Of a DNA stretch of 64,000 nt, positions 52,497 to 64,000 are shown piece after piece; positions within the stretch are counted from its first letter, which is position 1; each line of letters opens with the position of its first letter. Origin of the DNA: Microthyrium microscopicum (Eukaryota); the NCBI GenBank assembly GCA_010405405.1, contig MU004230.1, forward strand, positions 3,893,119 through 3,957,118, written 5' to 3'. The translations under genes were made by a program, and so were the position numbers. Below the pieces are notes generated by a model. It saw only the letters and a list, made by a program, of their open reading frames with translations. It had not been told where the DNA came from and did no database searches.

Positions 52497-55400
52497 CACT
52501 GCAGCTCGGCCGTTTGCTACCGGCGGCTTGCCACTTGTTGTCGCAACACACTTTTGATTATTCCCATGGAGACTTTCACCCTTCTTAGACACGGTGGACG
52601 TGAGAGAGGTGGAGTTGGGGGAACACGGAATATGGATGGCGTTCGCCACTGTCAAAGCGGTATGGGGAGGAATGAGGTGTTGGTGGAAGAGTGTTGGTGG
52701 ACGCTATGAGGGCGCTGTATGAACGGGTGAAGATCCAGGCAGAGACAGGACTGAAAGGCGGCTGGATGGGTGTTGAAGTAGTAGTCGACGTTCGAGGGTG
52801 ACAGCAAGCAGATTCAACTGCGCTAAAGGGTGAGCAGAGCTGAGGATCAGGCAGATGAGCAGGGAGATTGAGTTCTGCAAGGAAAATGCCCCAATAAGCC
52901 AAACAATAGAAGAAATAGACGTGTGAAAGCTGATTTGAATGGCCAAGAGACAAACTGCGGCGCAGTGAGGGTGACAAGATATGCCGGCAGACAGACGATG
53001 GGTAGCAGCTGAGAAGTTATTCTACAGGGCAGTAGCGAAAACCGGGTGATGGGTGAGAGCTGGACGCGCCTGCCAATTCGAGTGACAAAAAGAAAAACAA
53101 ATGAAGCAGTAACGGTCTTTGGTCTAACGCGTGGTGGGCTAGGTGACAAAGTAAAGTTGGATAATTTGACGTCGTTGCAGCGCTGTACTGAAATAGGAAG
53201 GGGCCAGGAACCAGGGGACGAGTGCGAGTAGCGGGGTGTCGATGGGCGGTTACGAGGAAATTTGCGATGAAGAGGATGGCGATGGTGAGGCGGAGAGGAG
53301 AGGCAGAGATAGCAAAACAGCAGAATGTAGATGGATTTGGCAGTGGAGAGGTAATAAATGAGTAGCGGTGGGCACGATGGAGACTGAAGAACAGTAGTCG
53401 GAGAGGATGAGATGAGGTAGGTAGGTATTGGACTGGGAGCACTGGGCCAAAGCAGAAAGTATGCACACCACGCACGGTTAGCGAATGATCCAATCCCAAT
53501 TAGTAGGGGTAATACTCACAAATATCACTGCCACCCCTTAGTAACAGCTTGTTAAATAAAGTACTAGACTAGTAGTAGGTACTGGTTCGGTGGTTAAGCA
53601 GTAGAGAGAGATTCTGTGTGCTGTACAGCGTGTGAGCCTGCAAGTCTGCCAGTCTGCAAGAGTCTGTACCATTATGTCCGGGCTTAAGAGTCAAAAGCCA
53701 AGTCAAACCTGGAGAAAAGCACTTTGACTGGTCCATACAACGCCTGTAGTTTTGCTGATCAACCTCCTTTTACTGCATTCAATCATTCAATGCCACCGCG
53801 TGTTTGGCCTGTTTCTCGTCTATAACAATACTTACTGTAAAGTCCTGAAATACTTCCATCAAAGATCAATGCTTTATATCAAAAAGCTCGGTATTCCACA
53901 CCTCCATAGCCGACCTTGTCTTTGATATCACCATGCTTCTGTTCTACACCGCGTCCACACGTCCAAATATTATAAGATGCCTCCCGAATATTTCAACACC
54001 CCATAGTCTACAAGTGTCTCGTTTCTTCATGCCGTTTATGGAGTCATGGACTGCCAGAAACATTTTACAAGGCCAGAAGCATTGATCACTATCTGCTCAC
54101 TAACTTACTCCAAGTGGCTCATCTTCTTCCCAAACATCGGAGAATCCCAATACACGTCTATAATAATAACAAAGGGAATAATAGGACTACTAATGCCTGC
54201 CATTGGGAACTTCCATCTGCTCCAGTTCTCTCTTCCTACTAGCTACTCTCCACTATACTTTTCACTAATTACAATACCCTCAAAGCGTACTTGATCTCTC
54301 TAAACCTTCATCTATGATCTGATGTTCCTGTGATTAAACCCAGTCTCCAATCACTCTCATACCTCCAACACTGAACAGTTCCTCCGCTGAGATTAACCTT
54401 ATTTCAATCCAACATTTCTATTTCCAATCGATCTGTTGGGTGTCCCTGTCCATCGGTTCTGTTTCCATTTCCCGGCTCCTTCCTTTAATTTATCCGTTCG
54501 TTTATATCAAGATGCCTCCATCCAGTCTATGTCATCCACTCCATCCTGCTAAAACTTCCTAGAGTGATTCAAAATAACCCATGTCATGCTCGAGCCCGCG
54601 GTCTCTTCAATCCCAACCCAATTGCCCGGAACACTCCAGCTCCCAAGACACTTGGCTGGTCATTGCTCTCGTCTTTATTTTTGACCACTCTACAGATTAC
54701 ACGCTCTTTGTCACGACATCTTGCACCTCGGCGGCCTCGTGTATACTTTCATAATTCCACCAGGGCAAATCTCCAAACCAAGATCCGGAGGCCCGATTAT
54801 ATTTTCCGTCCCACAAAGTTCGAGCTACTCTACTCTATCCATGCATCTTGATCGTGACTTGCCTTGCTTGCCATGCCCCAGATCTGATATCCGATGAGAC
54901 AAGAAATCCCACCAAACAACTTTAACTCCTATGGTTACACCTGTTACCGCCATCACCATCATCCTCACGTCATCACCATATTCTATCGCTCATCCTTCTA
55001 TAAGCCTTCATTATACACCGCCTTGTACCATCACCAACTTCCTTGTCGCCGCTGCTGTGCATCCATAACCATCACGGCACCACCTAGTTGTATATTCTAA
55101 GCTGCCATCATCTTTAATATACATTATGACATCTGGCAACTTTAAAACATGCCAGTATTATACAAGGCTTACGCACCCGCCATTTACCAGACTTTCAGGA
55201 CCGAGCTGGAAATTTGATAAATTAATAGACTAAAATAGCATCAAGCCCAACGAACACTACTACTTAGTATATATACGGTTCGCTAACCACGTGCTATTAC
55301 GCACACCATGCCCTTTGACTGTTTACGAGGTCCGAGTACTCCGTACATATCTACTCTAGAGTCTCTAGCACACATATACATATATACATGTTCATCGAAC

Positions 55401-55658
55401 GAACCACTCGTCTTTGCCTATGTAGCCGAATTGTGTTCTGGGCCAATGAATGAACAAGGGACCCTGCATGTACCTTAGCCTTACACCCGAAAGAGTACCG
55501 TACATCGGATCAGCCCGCTTTTTTTGCAACCCCATTTCCCCAGACTCGATATCAACATCGTGACCTGAACATCATTGTACCTAGCAAAGTTCGTGACCTG
55601 CACATCAAATCTTATATCAATTTAAAACATCTTCCTTGTAGTTTGAGGTTTTTCTTGA

Positions 55659-56557
55659 ATGCTGCCGAGCCGAATTATCCCTCGTCTCGTCCCTCGTCTC
55701 GTTCCTCGTCTTAGCGGATATAGCAAACAGCTCCAAAGTATGGCGACAGTATCAAGGAAATTTGGTCGGTGGTTGACGCGATTATCCTGGTTGTTGATGT
55801 TGCTAACCTCCCTTTGCAGATTCTCCGGCTCTTTTGTATGTTTTTCCAGATCTCTATGTTTCTATCAGGCTTTTGATCTCGTCGACCCATATCTCATCGC
55901 ATCACGCCTCACAACCATCCAAGCCCATCCGCCTTCCATCCATACTAGTACTAACCATCCATTCACAAAAAAAGCATATGCGACATCCAAGAAAACTTCC
56001 GCCCCGCCATCTCAACCTTCCCCCACATCATCGCCACAACCCAAAAGCTCCTAACCTTCGCCCGGCTCCTCAAAATCCCCGTCATCGCAACAACCCAACT
56101 ACGCGCCAAACTAGGCCCCACCTGTGCCGAACTCAACCTCCCCGAATCCCCTTCCAAACGACCCAGCGATCTCCTTCTCGCAGTACATGCGGACAAGACG
56201 CGCTTTAGCATGTATACTGAGGAAGTGCAGGCTGCGACCTTTGAATATGGGAAAATGCAGGTAGCGCTTGTGGGGATTGAGGCGCATATTTGTGTTAGTC
56301 AGACGGCGTTGGATTTGCAGAGGGCTGGGCATGCGGTTAGTGTGATTGCGGATGGGGTGGGGAGTGTTAATGGGGGGGAGGTGAGGGTTGCGTTGGATAG
56401 GTTAAGGGCGGCGGGGGTGACGGTTACGACTAGTGAGAGCTGGATGTATGAGTGTATGGGGGATGCGGAGATTAAGCAGTTTAGGGAAGTTAGTAAGTTG
56501 GTGAAGGAGTCGAAGGAGGCGACGAGGAAGGCTGTTGAGGCGCTCTGCGGAAGCTAG
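55659..56557 (+). CDS. Isochorismatase-like hydrolase (ISOC2-like)
   Basis: Exons 55659-55764, 55820-55835, 55975-56557 give FICDIQENFRPAI, TTQ...KLGPT, DKTRFSM and GIEAHICVSQTALD. Confidence 0.9.
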
Positions 56558-56771
56558 GTGGGAAGAGAAGATAGATGAGATTGATGTGGTGTTTGGTAAT
56601 GTATGTACATGATGATGAAGATGGTGATGCAACATATGGGGTATCATTTCTGGGTGCGATGGTGCTTTGGACGAACGCCTGAGCTGGATGCAGCGGGGAC
56701 TAATGTAGTAATACAGGTAAGATGAGAACAATGATATAATGATAGACCGCCCAATGCGTGAAGATATCCGC

Positions 56772-59225
56772 TTAGCGACGCAGTGAGTCCAGGGAGGTTA
56801 GTTTCGATGATATCTCGGGTATGCCTTCCAATCCCATTTCGTTTCGAGCTTTGTAGAATGCTTGGTGCTTCCTTCTGAAGAGGCGAGTGTTTCGTTGGAT
56901 GTAGTCATGGAGGAAGATTGAGAGTACGAGTAGTAGGTCGTCGTCATTGGAAGCGGGCTGTTTCTGTTCTTGGCCCACGGTTTGCGTAGAGGTTGTAGAT
57001 ACTCGTTTTCGGGTTTTCCTGGTTGAAGCGATCATCTCGCTTTTGGTTCGGACATTCTGCCAAATAGTCTGCACCCGCTTGGCCATGCGTGCCATACGTT
57101 TCTTTGCTTCATCAGCATATGCAACGTCCTGTATAGATTCGCTTGTCCTGTGACCCTTCACAAGTTCTTCTCCCGTGACGCGAAAGGCAACATGATCAAT
57201 GACAGCGACCATAGTGTTTGCTGTGGGCTCCATACCAAAAAGGTGCTTCATGCTATGAAGCACGAGCACGAGACCAAAAGAATCTTCAGCCATACCAAAA
57301 CAATGAATGATCCGTTCATACATGGTACGAGATGGTGCCACTGAAAGGGGTAATTTGACATTGTCGCGATTGTTTTCAGTCAAGCGATATAACATATGGC
57401 GGAAGAGAACCCGTGGACCAGGAAATCCAGCCATGCTGTTCTTTTTGTTCTTGAGAAGATTGAGATGAAGACCCTTCCAGAGCACCGCATATGTTTCCAT
57501 GTCAAATTGATACGTGAAATCATTGCTGAATTTCCTGAAAAAATCCCAAGCGCCAGGAGCATCGTCGAGCTGGAAATGGATAGACACTATGGCTCGGACA
57601 ATGTGGCCATGAAACTGAATATTTGGGGTATGCATGAGCCATCGCAGCACTTGCTGGGCACTTGCAGAATCCCCTCTTGCAGCATAGTGTTTTGCAAGAT
57701 GGTAATATGTTCTTGCATCGGCAGCTGGGACTTCTCGTCGAAGGTATTTCGGGAGTCGTCGATCAGGTTTCGACCGTGTTCGGGTGGCCGAATTCATTCT
57801 CTTTTGAACCATGGAGAGGGCAATTGCTTCAGCCTTTTGGACCTGATCTTCATCTGCAGAACTAGTAGTCCAAGCCTCGATAAGTCGATCAACTAGGCGA
57901 GCTGGCGGCGCCTTTCCCAGTTCAAACATGTATTCAACGATCATAGCAGTATGGTTAGGATCGCCTTTTATAGAGTGTTTGAGCCACACTTCAAAAAGCA
58001 CATCCTGCAGTCCACTATGCGTATTCTGAGTCAATATGTCCAGCGCTATGTCATCGATGGCAGCTAGATCTTTACATGACTGGAATAAGCGATCGAGAAG
58101 TTCAGTACATCTTTCCAAATTACCGAGCAAGGAGTCTGAGTGGTACTTTGCCATGAGTAGAAAAACAGCTTTAGCTTGCGCTACTGTTTGATTCCCCAAA
58201 AAGCCAGAGAACACCAGTTCCAGATCGGCATATCGTACAATCGATTGATAGGTCCTGAAAATTCGGTTGAAAAGCGACCAAGCTTCCAGCTGTTCCGGCA
58301 TCGAGCCCTGAGATAGCTGTGGAATCGCGAGCATGGCAACTCTAGGGTCAAGGCCATCAAGCCGTGAATTGAGCTCGAAGAGAATAGGTAGAAGCAGACG
58401 GTAGGATCGCGCTTTTGCAAATATCCTGGCTCCAAGTTCTAGCCAGAGTTTATTATCGTGTATCAGACCTAATTGCTGCTGTATTTGGGGCTTTGACAGT
58501 GGCGCGAGAGATTGTGTATCCGAATGTCCTTTTAATTTGCCATTTCCCAGATCGCGGCCGGTATCATCATGACTAGCAGGTCCTCTGATCCAATTTCGTA
58601 CCGCTTCGTCGATTCGACCATCAGCAACTTTTCGCTCTAAATGAAGAATGATTTGAAGGAGTTGGGTGTCATGACCAAGAGTGTTCATATCGTGCGTTAT
58701 CAATTCCAGGTTCTCGAGTGGAATCGGCTCGGTGTGTCGGAAAGATGCTTGTGACCTCCAAAGGACGTCCCAATCCCGCGCATTTAGCTCCGAGAGCAGT
58801 TTAACACCCTCGGAGTGTAGCGAGATGTATGCGCTCCACAGTAAACCACGATGAAGGTTATAGTATAGTCGATGAGGGGGTTTGCCGACTAGTCGCTTGA
58901 ACCTGGCGATTCGACCTCGAGAAAGTGAATCGAATTGCTGGGCTGACGGAGCCTGTGGAGTGGCATGACCTGAGCGATCTTTTAGATGTCCTTGACGAAA
59001 GGTAGCTGTAGCAGCACGTGGTCCTGTCAATTGATTGCCGCCATCTCGAAGACTCGAAGGGATATGCTTCGCTGGTGTGATAGGAGCCTGTTGTTGCTTC
59101 AGAGGCCGCCATGGGAGCGAGGCATGCTTCTGTTTGTATCTCGTGTTGCATACCGGGGACGTGGAGAAGGGAGCGGAAAGGGAGCCTTTGATAGTAGTCC
59201 GGATACGGAAACATCTCAGGAGCAT
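56772..59225 (-). CDS. Mitochondrial pentatricopeptide-repeat-like helical protein
   Basis: Long single ORF; MLLRCFRIR...FSTSP presequence at 59225; degenerate PPR-like helices (TYYHLAKHYA..GD...AQQV, ETYAVLWKG, MKHLFGMEPT). Confidence 0.65.
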   Translation of the reverse strand: MLLRCFRIRTTIKGSLSAPFSTSPVCNTRYKQKHASLPWRPLKQQQAPITPAKHIPSSLRDGGNQLTGPRAATATFRQGHLKDRSGHATPQAPSAQQFDSLSRGRIARFKRLVGKPPHRLYYNLHRGLLWSAYISLHSEGVKLLSELNARDWDVLWRSQASFRHTEPIPLENLELITHDMNTLGHDTQLLQIILHLERKVADGRIDEAVRNWIRGPASHDDTGRDLGNGKLKGHSDTQSLAPLSKPQIQQQLGLIHDNKLWLELGARIFAKARSYRLLLPILFELNSRLDGLDPRVAMLAIPQLSQGSMPEQLEAWSLFNRIFRTYQSIVRYADLELVFSGFLGNQTVAQAKAVFLLMAKYHSDSLLGNLERCTELLDRLFQSCKDLAAIDDIALDILTQNTHSGLQDVLFEVWLKHSIKGDPNHTAMIVEYMFELGKAPPARLVDRLIEAWTTSSADEDQVQKAEAIALSMVQKRMNSATRTRSKPDRRLPKYLRREVPAADARTYYHLAKHYAARGDSASAQQVLRWLMHTPNIQFHGHIVRAIVSIHFQLDDAPGAWDFFRKFSNDFTYQFDMETYAVLWKGLHLNLLKNKKNSMAGFPGPRVLFRHMLYRLTENNRDNVKLPLSVAPSRTMYERIIHCFGMAEDSFGLVLVLHSMKHLFGMEPTANTMVAVIDHVAFRVTGEELVKGHRTSESIQDVAYADEAKKRMARMAKRVQTIWQNVRTKSEMIASTRKTRKRVSTTSTQTVGQEQKQPASNDDDLLLVLSIFLHDYIQRNTRLFRRKHQAFYKARNEMGLEGIPEISSKLTSLDSLRR

Positions 59226-59655
59226 ACGAAAGTCTGAGAATGACGTTAGTATCAGGCTCTGTTCGACAAAGTTTGGGTGAAAGTGACCTTTCTCCAGTCT
59301 GCGCAGCCGACCATGTCGTGTGGCGATTGCATTAAATGATGAAAACCTGTCGAAATATATAGACGCGAGGACTACATGGGCCAAAAGTTGAGCAGTCGCA
59401 AAGTCCCTGAAATAAATTTTATGGAAGAGATCCATCATGGTCCAAGCGTCTGCCCAACTACTGTAACGTGGTGATGACAGGGATTACGTCGAGTCGCTGT
59501 TCCTTGCGTATGATTGGGTATCCCAAGATCTTCATTGTCAAGTTCCAAGGCTGGATTCGTACAATTATGTTTTAAGATAGACTTGATGAGATTGACGAAG
59601 ATAAGTTGCAATTTTCTGATACCTGTGAAAGATGTGTGAATCCTGATCAACGGCA

Positions 59656-61719
59656 CTAAATATCTATAGTTTGGTTCAAATCCCTAACGATCCGTTCTCT
59701 TCGATGAAGTCGTTTGGTGAACTGAAATCCTTCGCTAACACCCATCCTCTCTAAAAGAGTCAAAAGCCAGCGCCTCTTCTTTCCTTCTGGCAGAGCATCG
59801 GACAGTATACGAATCGGAAAAATCATATTGATGACTCCACTCATCCGCTCAGGCCCTTGAAGAAACCATTCCAACGATTGACAAACCTCATCCGATACTT
59901 CTTGCGAGCTGAGTTGCGCATGTGGTAAACGAAGAGGATTTGTAGTCTTACCAGATGGTGCAAGTGACGCACCTTCAAGAGCTTGTGCCGGACAATTGCG
60001 AAAGCTCCATGTCCTTGTGAGATCGAAGAGGAGCAGAAGCGCAGTGTTGTATAGCACCGACTCTTTACCACGGTGGAAATGCCGACAAAAGTAAATGGTT
60101 TGGAAGAGAGGAACTTTCTCATCGTCGACAGTGAAGTGGACTTTTGGGTCGACTTGAATCTCGTAAACTAAGTTCGAATTCCAATACTCCCAAGTCCAGC
60201 GCCAGGAGAAGAGTTGACGGAAAACTTCAATGATTCTTTTCTCCAATGTCTCGGGTACTGTTGAGGGTACCAGGCCAGAATTTAATGCCTGTATCGCCAT
60301 ATCGCTGTCTTCGCATATTCCCGGAATATGCGCCATGATATCCACAAGAGCAAAGGACGACTTGATGAAAGGAGACTCAACCGTGCTTGTAATGGATCGC
60401 CAGACTTGAGCTTCCAAAAATGTCCTTTTCCTCATGATCAAGGCATGAGTGATCTGATTAAATTGTTAGTCCAAACACAGGCAAAACATTTGATTTAGCA
60501 TACGTACGATTGGAATTCGAGATAACTTATAGTAGCTTCATTGCGTCAATCAGCGACTGCCTTGGCGGTGTGAGTGGACTACACTTACAATCGGGCCGGA
60601 CCTTCATTGAGACTATCCGCACCGCGTGTCTCAATCAATTTTCCAACGCCTCCAGCATGTTGAATCCAGCCGTTACCATTCTCAAAGTTGGTCAACTAGT
60701 CACTCGTGAGATGATGAGGATGCAGGATTTAGATGGTGGCATACCTCATAAATTCCAAGTAAAAGAGCAACTGCAATATTTGTCGGATGTTGACTCAGTT
60801 TTGGGTCACCGAGATTAAAATTCAGCTGACGCAAAGCCTTCATGTAATAATCGGCACTCGTTTGAAGATCAGGCTTGGTTGAAGTGTGCCTGAAATTGTC
60901 AACTTAAAGTCACCAAGTCGAAGATTGAAACCTGGTTGCAGGACTTTCATGATAGTGCTAATCAAGAGGATCTTACATTCCTGGAAATCATTAGCAAAGA
61001 CAATACTCAAGACTCGAGGGATAAGACTTGCTCGCGTAAAAGGCCGAAGAAACGCAGCATACGGCATTGAATCCCAATGAATTACAGTCTGATTCTAGAA
61101 GACCTTCTATCCAAGAGTTTTTGAAATAGATTTTCTGCCTGATATAAGCATGCAATATCAACCACAATGAAGAAAAGTACTCGCATTGGGTTCGTTTGGG
61201 TTCCCGGGGAAAACATTGGCGGTCAAGAAAGATATCCATGTCTGCTCATTCAGTCGAGCTCTTCAATACTTTGGTATTGCAATGAACTCACATCTGTAGA
61301 CGCGTGGAGATCTAAGCTTGGGGATGGGCTGTTAATATAACTGGCAGTATGATTAGCCCAAGTTCTAAGTTGCATCCACCAGTTTTTTGTCGTACCCGGA
61401 ACTTCGTCTTTGTTGCTGGACTGGGAACCGATCATCTTAATCTAATATTAGCTGGTCCCGATTATCTCGGTCAATGAACCCACTTTGGCTGATAAAGATC
61501 AGAGCTTTGGAGTTCTTGTAACCATCACATATCATGTATGCCTTTCTACATCGGTCGCAAGTCGGCTTGCCTCCATCTTGCTTGTTGTTAGCAACTTAGC
61601 CCCTGAAACAGAATGCTCAACTGGAGTTCTCTTCACGACTGTCGATGGAACGTACCACATTTGACTTTTCTTTTACGACAAGTTAGACACGGGTTTGGTC
61701 TTGAGTTCCTGGGCATCAT
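59656..61719 (-). CDS. Zn(II)2Cys6 fungal transcription factor with fungal-specific TF domain
   Basis: CLTCRKRKVKCDGGKPTCDRCRKAYMIC across intron 1; later YMKALRQL, LLLGIYE and GWIQHAGGVGKLIETRG. Eleven exons: 61719-61656, 61576-61484, 61435-61396, 61340-61292, 61241-61185, 61134-61032, 60980-60977, 60889-60745, 60695-60589, 60535-60508, 60453-59656. Confidence 0.85.
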
Positions 61720-62419
61720 CTTCTCGGTAAAAACCCTTGTTTACATTGAAGGGCACATCGTTTTAAATGGTAACTCCCGGACAAAGCTCTCCCTTCAACC
61801 TCAGCTCAACTACCACTTCAGTTGCTCGCGGGCTCCCCGGACTACTCTAGACCTCTCAAGTGAGTCTCATCTCAATCTCCAAAATAGCGCACTAAACCTT
61901 CTTCCAAATCAAGTTCCAAGAAGCCTCTGTGGCAAGAAAAATCGATGATGGTAACTTGGAGGCTGAGATGCAGTAGGAAATCACTAACATCCACCTCGGT
62001 GGCGCTAGCCTTTTCAGGACTAGACAGGAGGCTCTTCAGATCTCAACAAGCTTAACTACGACATAAGATCTTGCATTTCTTGATCTGCATAGTAATTTGT
62101 AATTTCTGCTATTCAATAGCTTCTGAATTGCCTTTTGTCCTCTTTACTCCTCAAGCGACTCATCTTCCAGCGCCCATCCCATCACAGACCATGAGTTCGT
62201 CAACTTATGCTGAGCCGCAGTCATCTGGCTTTACTGGCGCTTATGGCTGATGATTTGACCTTGGACTTTGGTATCAGCTCGGCATGGCTAACCTGTATGC
62301 GTTACTGGTAGCATTTCCTAGGCTATTCTGCAGCCAAAGAATAGGACATTCATGGAGTAATACAGGAATTACACCCGCGCTCGATTGATTTCATCAGACC
62401 CAGGCCTGTGCAAGTCACG

Positions 62420-62426
62420 TATAAAA
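62420..62426 (+). promoter_or_regulatory. TATA box of carboxylesterase gene
   Basis: TATAAAA ~98 bp upstream of the ATG at 62518. Confidence 0.5.
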
Positions 62427-62517
62427 GGTCACCACGTCTTCATGGTACGGACTCTCACAATGATCTTTGACAAAAGCCATCTCTGCTTCACTTTGTAAGG
62501 TACGGTTCAGATCTATC

Positions 62518-64000
62518 ATGTCTCCTGCGTGTTACGTTTACTACGCCTTCATTGGCGGGGCCGTTGCTGCTGCCGGGTGCTCCAGTGGTTCAACCAGCAT
62601 CCCAGCAAAGGCATCAATAAGTGGTTTACCTGTGGTGGATTTGGGATATGGCCTTTGGCAAGGCACGATCAATGTATGCTATAGATCAAACAATCATCCT
62701 CAATACTGACAGCGAAAGGAAACTGGTGGTTATTACAATTTTTCCAACGTGAGATACGCGCAACCACCGGTTGGACAACTACGGTAAGTTTCTTTCTAAA
62801 CGTAGTATACTTCAATGGCCATTGCTTACCCTCGATCAGCTTTGCTGCCCCCAAACCTCCTCGCACCAATCGAAGTGTTATTCATGACGGACAACACGGC
62901 CGAGTGTGCCCTCAGGGTTATCCCGCATGGACAAAGGAGAGGAACATGTTCGTTGATGCCTACCTGGCTGATCCAAAAAACATCAGTAGCTTCACGAAGA
63001 AGCCAGCACCCGGTATAGACCCAACGGCAACACCACCACCACAGGACAATGGCTGGGCAACAGAGGACTGCCTATTTCTCGACGTTATTTCTCCAGTTAA
63101 TGTTTACGATAGCGGGTCTCTCAACAACTCGGGTGGTGCTCCAGTCCATGTCTGGCTGTTTGGTGGTGGATTCTATTCTGGTGACAAAAATGACAACAAC
63201 CCATCAGGATTTGTTGTCGAGTCAATGAAGAATCCCCAAACACAACCTGGTGTCATCTGGGTAGCGATCAACTATCGAATTGGAGCTCTCGGCTGGCTTG
63301 CCGGAAGCAACTTTACGGCAAGCGGTGGTATACCAAACGCAGGTCTTCACGATCAAAGATTGGCTCTGCATTGGATTCAACGAAACATTCACCTCTTCGG
63401 TGGCGATCCCAACAAGATTACTCTCATGGGCGCTTCTGCCGGTGCTTCATCAACATTACATCAAATCACTGCTTATGGTGGCAGCAAAGGTAACGCGCCA
63501 TTTCAGAAAGCTGTTCCTGAATCGCCTGCGTTCGCTCCTTCCCCTTCAGATGCCTTTCAAAACTCTATTTACCAACGATTCTTGGCCTCCGCAAATCTCA
63601 CAAGCTTGGCTGATCTACGGAAACTCTCATCAGAAGACGCGATCAAACTCAATAGTTTAACCATATTCAACGCTCTATATGGTAATGATGGCGGGCTTGG
63701 TCCGGCTGTAGATGGAACATTCGTACCTAATCTATTAACAATCCTTCTCAAGCAAGGCAACTTTTCCAAGAACGTTCAAGGAGTTTTCGCGGGCCACAAT
63801 ACCGACGAAGGTCTTATCTTCACCGATCCATCCATTCAAAACACAACTGCGTTCAACGCATTCATTCGACAAGTACTCCTCGCGGGAACAACAAATCAAA
63901 CTTACGAGTACATCGAGAACACACTGTATCCTGCAGTCTTCAACAACCTTACTGGTCTAGGCTACAACGATACCACGTCAAGATTAGCGACTTTGATTGC
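62518..64000 (+). CDS. Secreted type-B carboxylesterase (runs off window end)
   Basis: LPVVDLGY, FSNVRYAQPPVGQLRFAAP, EDCLFLDV, WLFGGGF, NYRIGALG, FGGDPNKITLMG and ASAG nucleophile motif. Introns 62674-62718 and 62784-62839. Confidence 0.93.

Noticed and set aside
53500..55650. ORFs between CID13 and ISOC2
   Set aside because: Low-complexity pyrimidine-rich sequence with no protein-like features.
59226..59438. ORF-track start of the PPR-like gene at 59438
   Set aside because: It lies ~220 bp from the upstream gene's stop, and the presequence-like segment begins at ATG 59225.

Overview
Eukaryotic, intron-rich sequence from a filamentous ascomycete (Pezizomycotina; inferred from gene set, short GT-AG introns with CTRAC branch sites, and RIP). 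Bases 1-~7860 are an AT-rich block degraded by repeat-induced point mutation (RIP). It contains the 3' half of a chromodomain-bearing Ty3/gypsy retrotransposon plus unidentified relics. The block ends abruptly beside an indoleamine 2,3-dioxygenase gene that lacks its last exon. The remaining ~56 kb is gene-dense: AlaRS, a conserved hypothetical, an RCR-like PPxY membrane protein, SNT2, an IQ-motif protein, DUF1295, RNase P p30, CK2 alpha, Tlg2, mitochondrial RRF, a ZIP9/Atx2 transporter, calmodulin, Cid13-like nucleotidyltransferase, ISOC2-like hydrolase, a PPR-like protein, a Zn2Cys6 factor and a carboxylesterase, plus three secreted low-complexity proteins. Best leads: (1) a Kex2-type repeat precursor releasing Gln-started, GGHSH-ended peptides directly upstream of a ZIP metal transporter; (2) a ~180-bp foldback flanked by a perfect 30-bp direct repeat; (3) a transcription-factor gene that needs two GC-AG introns and a 4-nt microexon; (4) the truncated IDO at the RIP boundary; (5) a long open N-terminal extension of CK2 alpha. 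Exon boundaries were derived by eye and no database searches were run.
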